Below, piece by piece: positions 63,318 to 64,000 of a stretch of DNA of 64,000 nucleotides. This DNA comes from a virus, in IMG/VR virus record IMGVR_UViG_3300046684_000205, positions 29,479-93,478 of that record; one strand, written 5' to 3'. The first letter of the stretch is position 1, and each line of letters begins with the position of its first letter. The translations under genes and the position numbers were made by a program. The notes beneath the pieces are model-generated. The model saw only the letters and a list, made by a program, of their open reading frames with translations, did no database searches and was not told the DNA's origin.

Positions 63318-64000
63318 ATGAGCCACACCAAAACTATCGCCCCTACCGGCACAGAAGCAGGCTTTGACCTGGATAAGCTGGAAGCACTGCGCCTCGGATT
63401 ATGCAAAATTAATCGGCGGCACGATGTCGAGCACCTGATCCGCCAAACTGACGAACTGATCGCTCTCGCTCGCCGAGCTGCACTGGCCCCTGCTGACTCA
63501 GTCTTGAATGGACATTGGGAGCCGATGGGCAAGTTCGCGCGGCGCTTTGTTCCCGATGCGCCGGATACCACGGATAGCGCGAGCGGTGATTGCTCAACCT
63601 GCGGCGGTTCCGAATCGATTTCTGACCCGATGGGCTGGCAATTTGAGCGAGTGCCGTGCCCTGACTGCGCAGCCCAGCCTGTACAGGCTGGAGAAGCGGT
63701 AGACGAGCGGGCGCTGTTTGAGGCCGCCTATATTGCACGGAAGCAGGCGAACGATCCATCGCGGACGCTTAGTGATGACGACGCTGATACTTGGCTCGCC
63801 CGCAGCAGTCGCGACGAAAGCCGGTACTTGCATGCCCAAGAGGCATGGGAAGGTTGGCAAGCCCGCGCCAGTCTTGCCCCGGTATCCGCCCAGCAGGGCG
63901 CAGCCAAAGCGGCAACAACTGTTGAAAAGGATGGCTGCAGGCTGTGTCTCGGCGCGAAAGGCGGCGTACCCGGCAATGAAAACGTGATCGGTGGCGTCGT
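63318..64000 (+). CDS. mosaic hypothetical protein, truncated by the window end
   Basis: hand translation is open to the end; CSTC/CPDC and AWEGWQARA modules. Confidence 0.65.
   Translation, partial: MSHTKTIAPTGTEAGFDLDKLEALRLGLCKINRRHDVEHLIRQTDELIALARRAALAPADSVLNGHWEPMGKFARRFVPDAPDTTDSASGDCSTCGGSESISDPMGWQFERVPCPDCAAQPVQAGEAVDERALFEAAYIARKQANDPSRTLSDDDADTWLARSSRDESRYLHAQEAWEGWQARASLAPVSAQQGAAKAATTVEKDGCRLCLGAKGGVPGNENVIGGV

Overview
The window is almost a whole genome of a GC-rich, long-tailed dsDNA phage (siphovirus morphology inferred from a tail tube, a frameshifted chaperone pair and a ~2420-aa tape measure protein). The host is probably a proteobacterium (inference). There are three blocks. 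(1) 73-26018, + strand: DNA metabolism, with RdgC, a C5 DNA methyltransferase, a dCMP deaminase-like protein, SNF2 helicase, primase-helicase, DEDDh exonuclease, MazG, dNMP kinase, a TraR/DksA-like protein, a full-length family A DNA polymerase, ATP-dependent ligase, ThyA, a resolvase, an HNH endonuclease and an Mre11/Rad50 pair. (2) 26033-54749, - strand: terminase, portal, S49 protease, scaffold, capsid, head-tail, tail and lysis genes, with one oppositely oriented GIY-YIG endonuclease. (3) 55305-64000, + strand: many small putative early genes, plus two AT-rich non-coding zones and a densely structured non-coding segment. I saw no integrase, tRNA, CRISPR array or reverse transcriptase. Best leads: a methyltransferase apparently split over two nested reading frames with permuted motifs; a promoter placed inside an RBS-occluding hairpin ahead of the tape measure gene; a family of late promoters with shared spacer motifs and a leaderless double-HTH regulator; a phased A-tract array with a lambda-cos-like 12-mer; and a boxA-led, hairpin-rich ncRNA candidate. 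All family assignments come from motif recognition by eye, not database searches.
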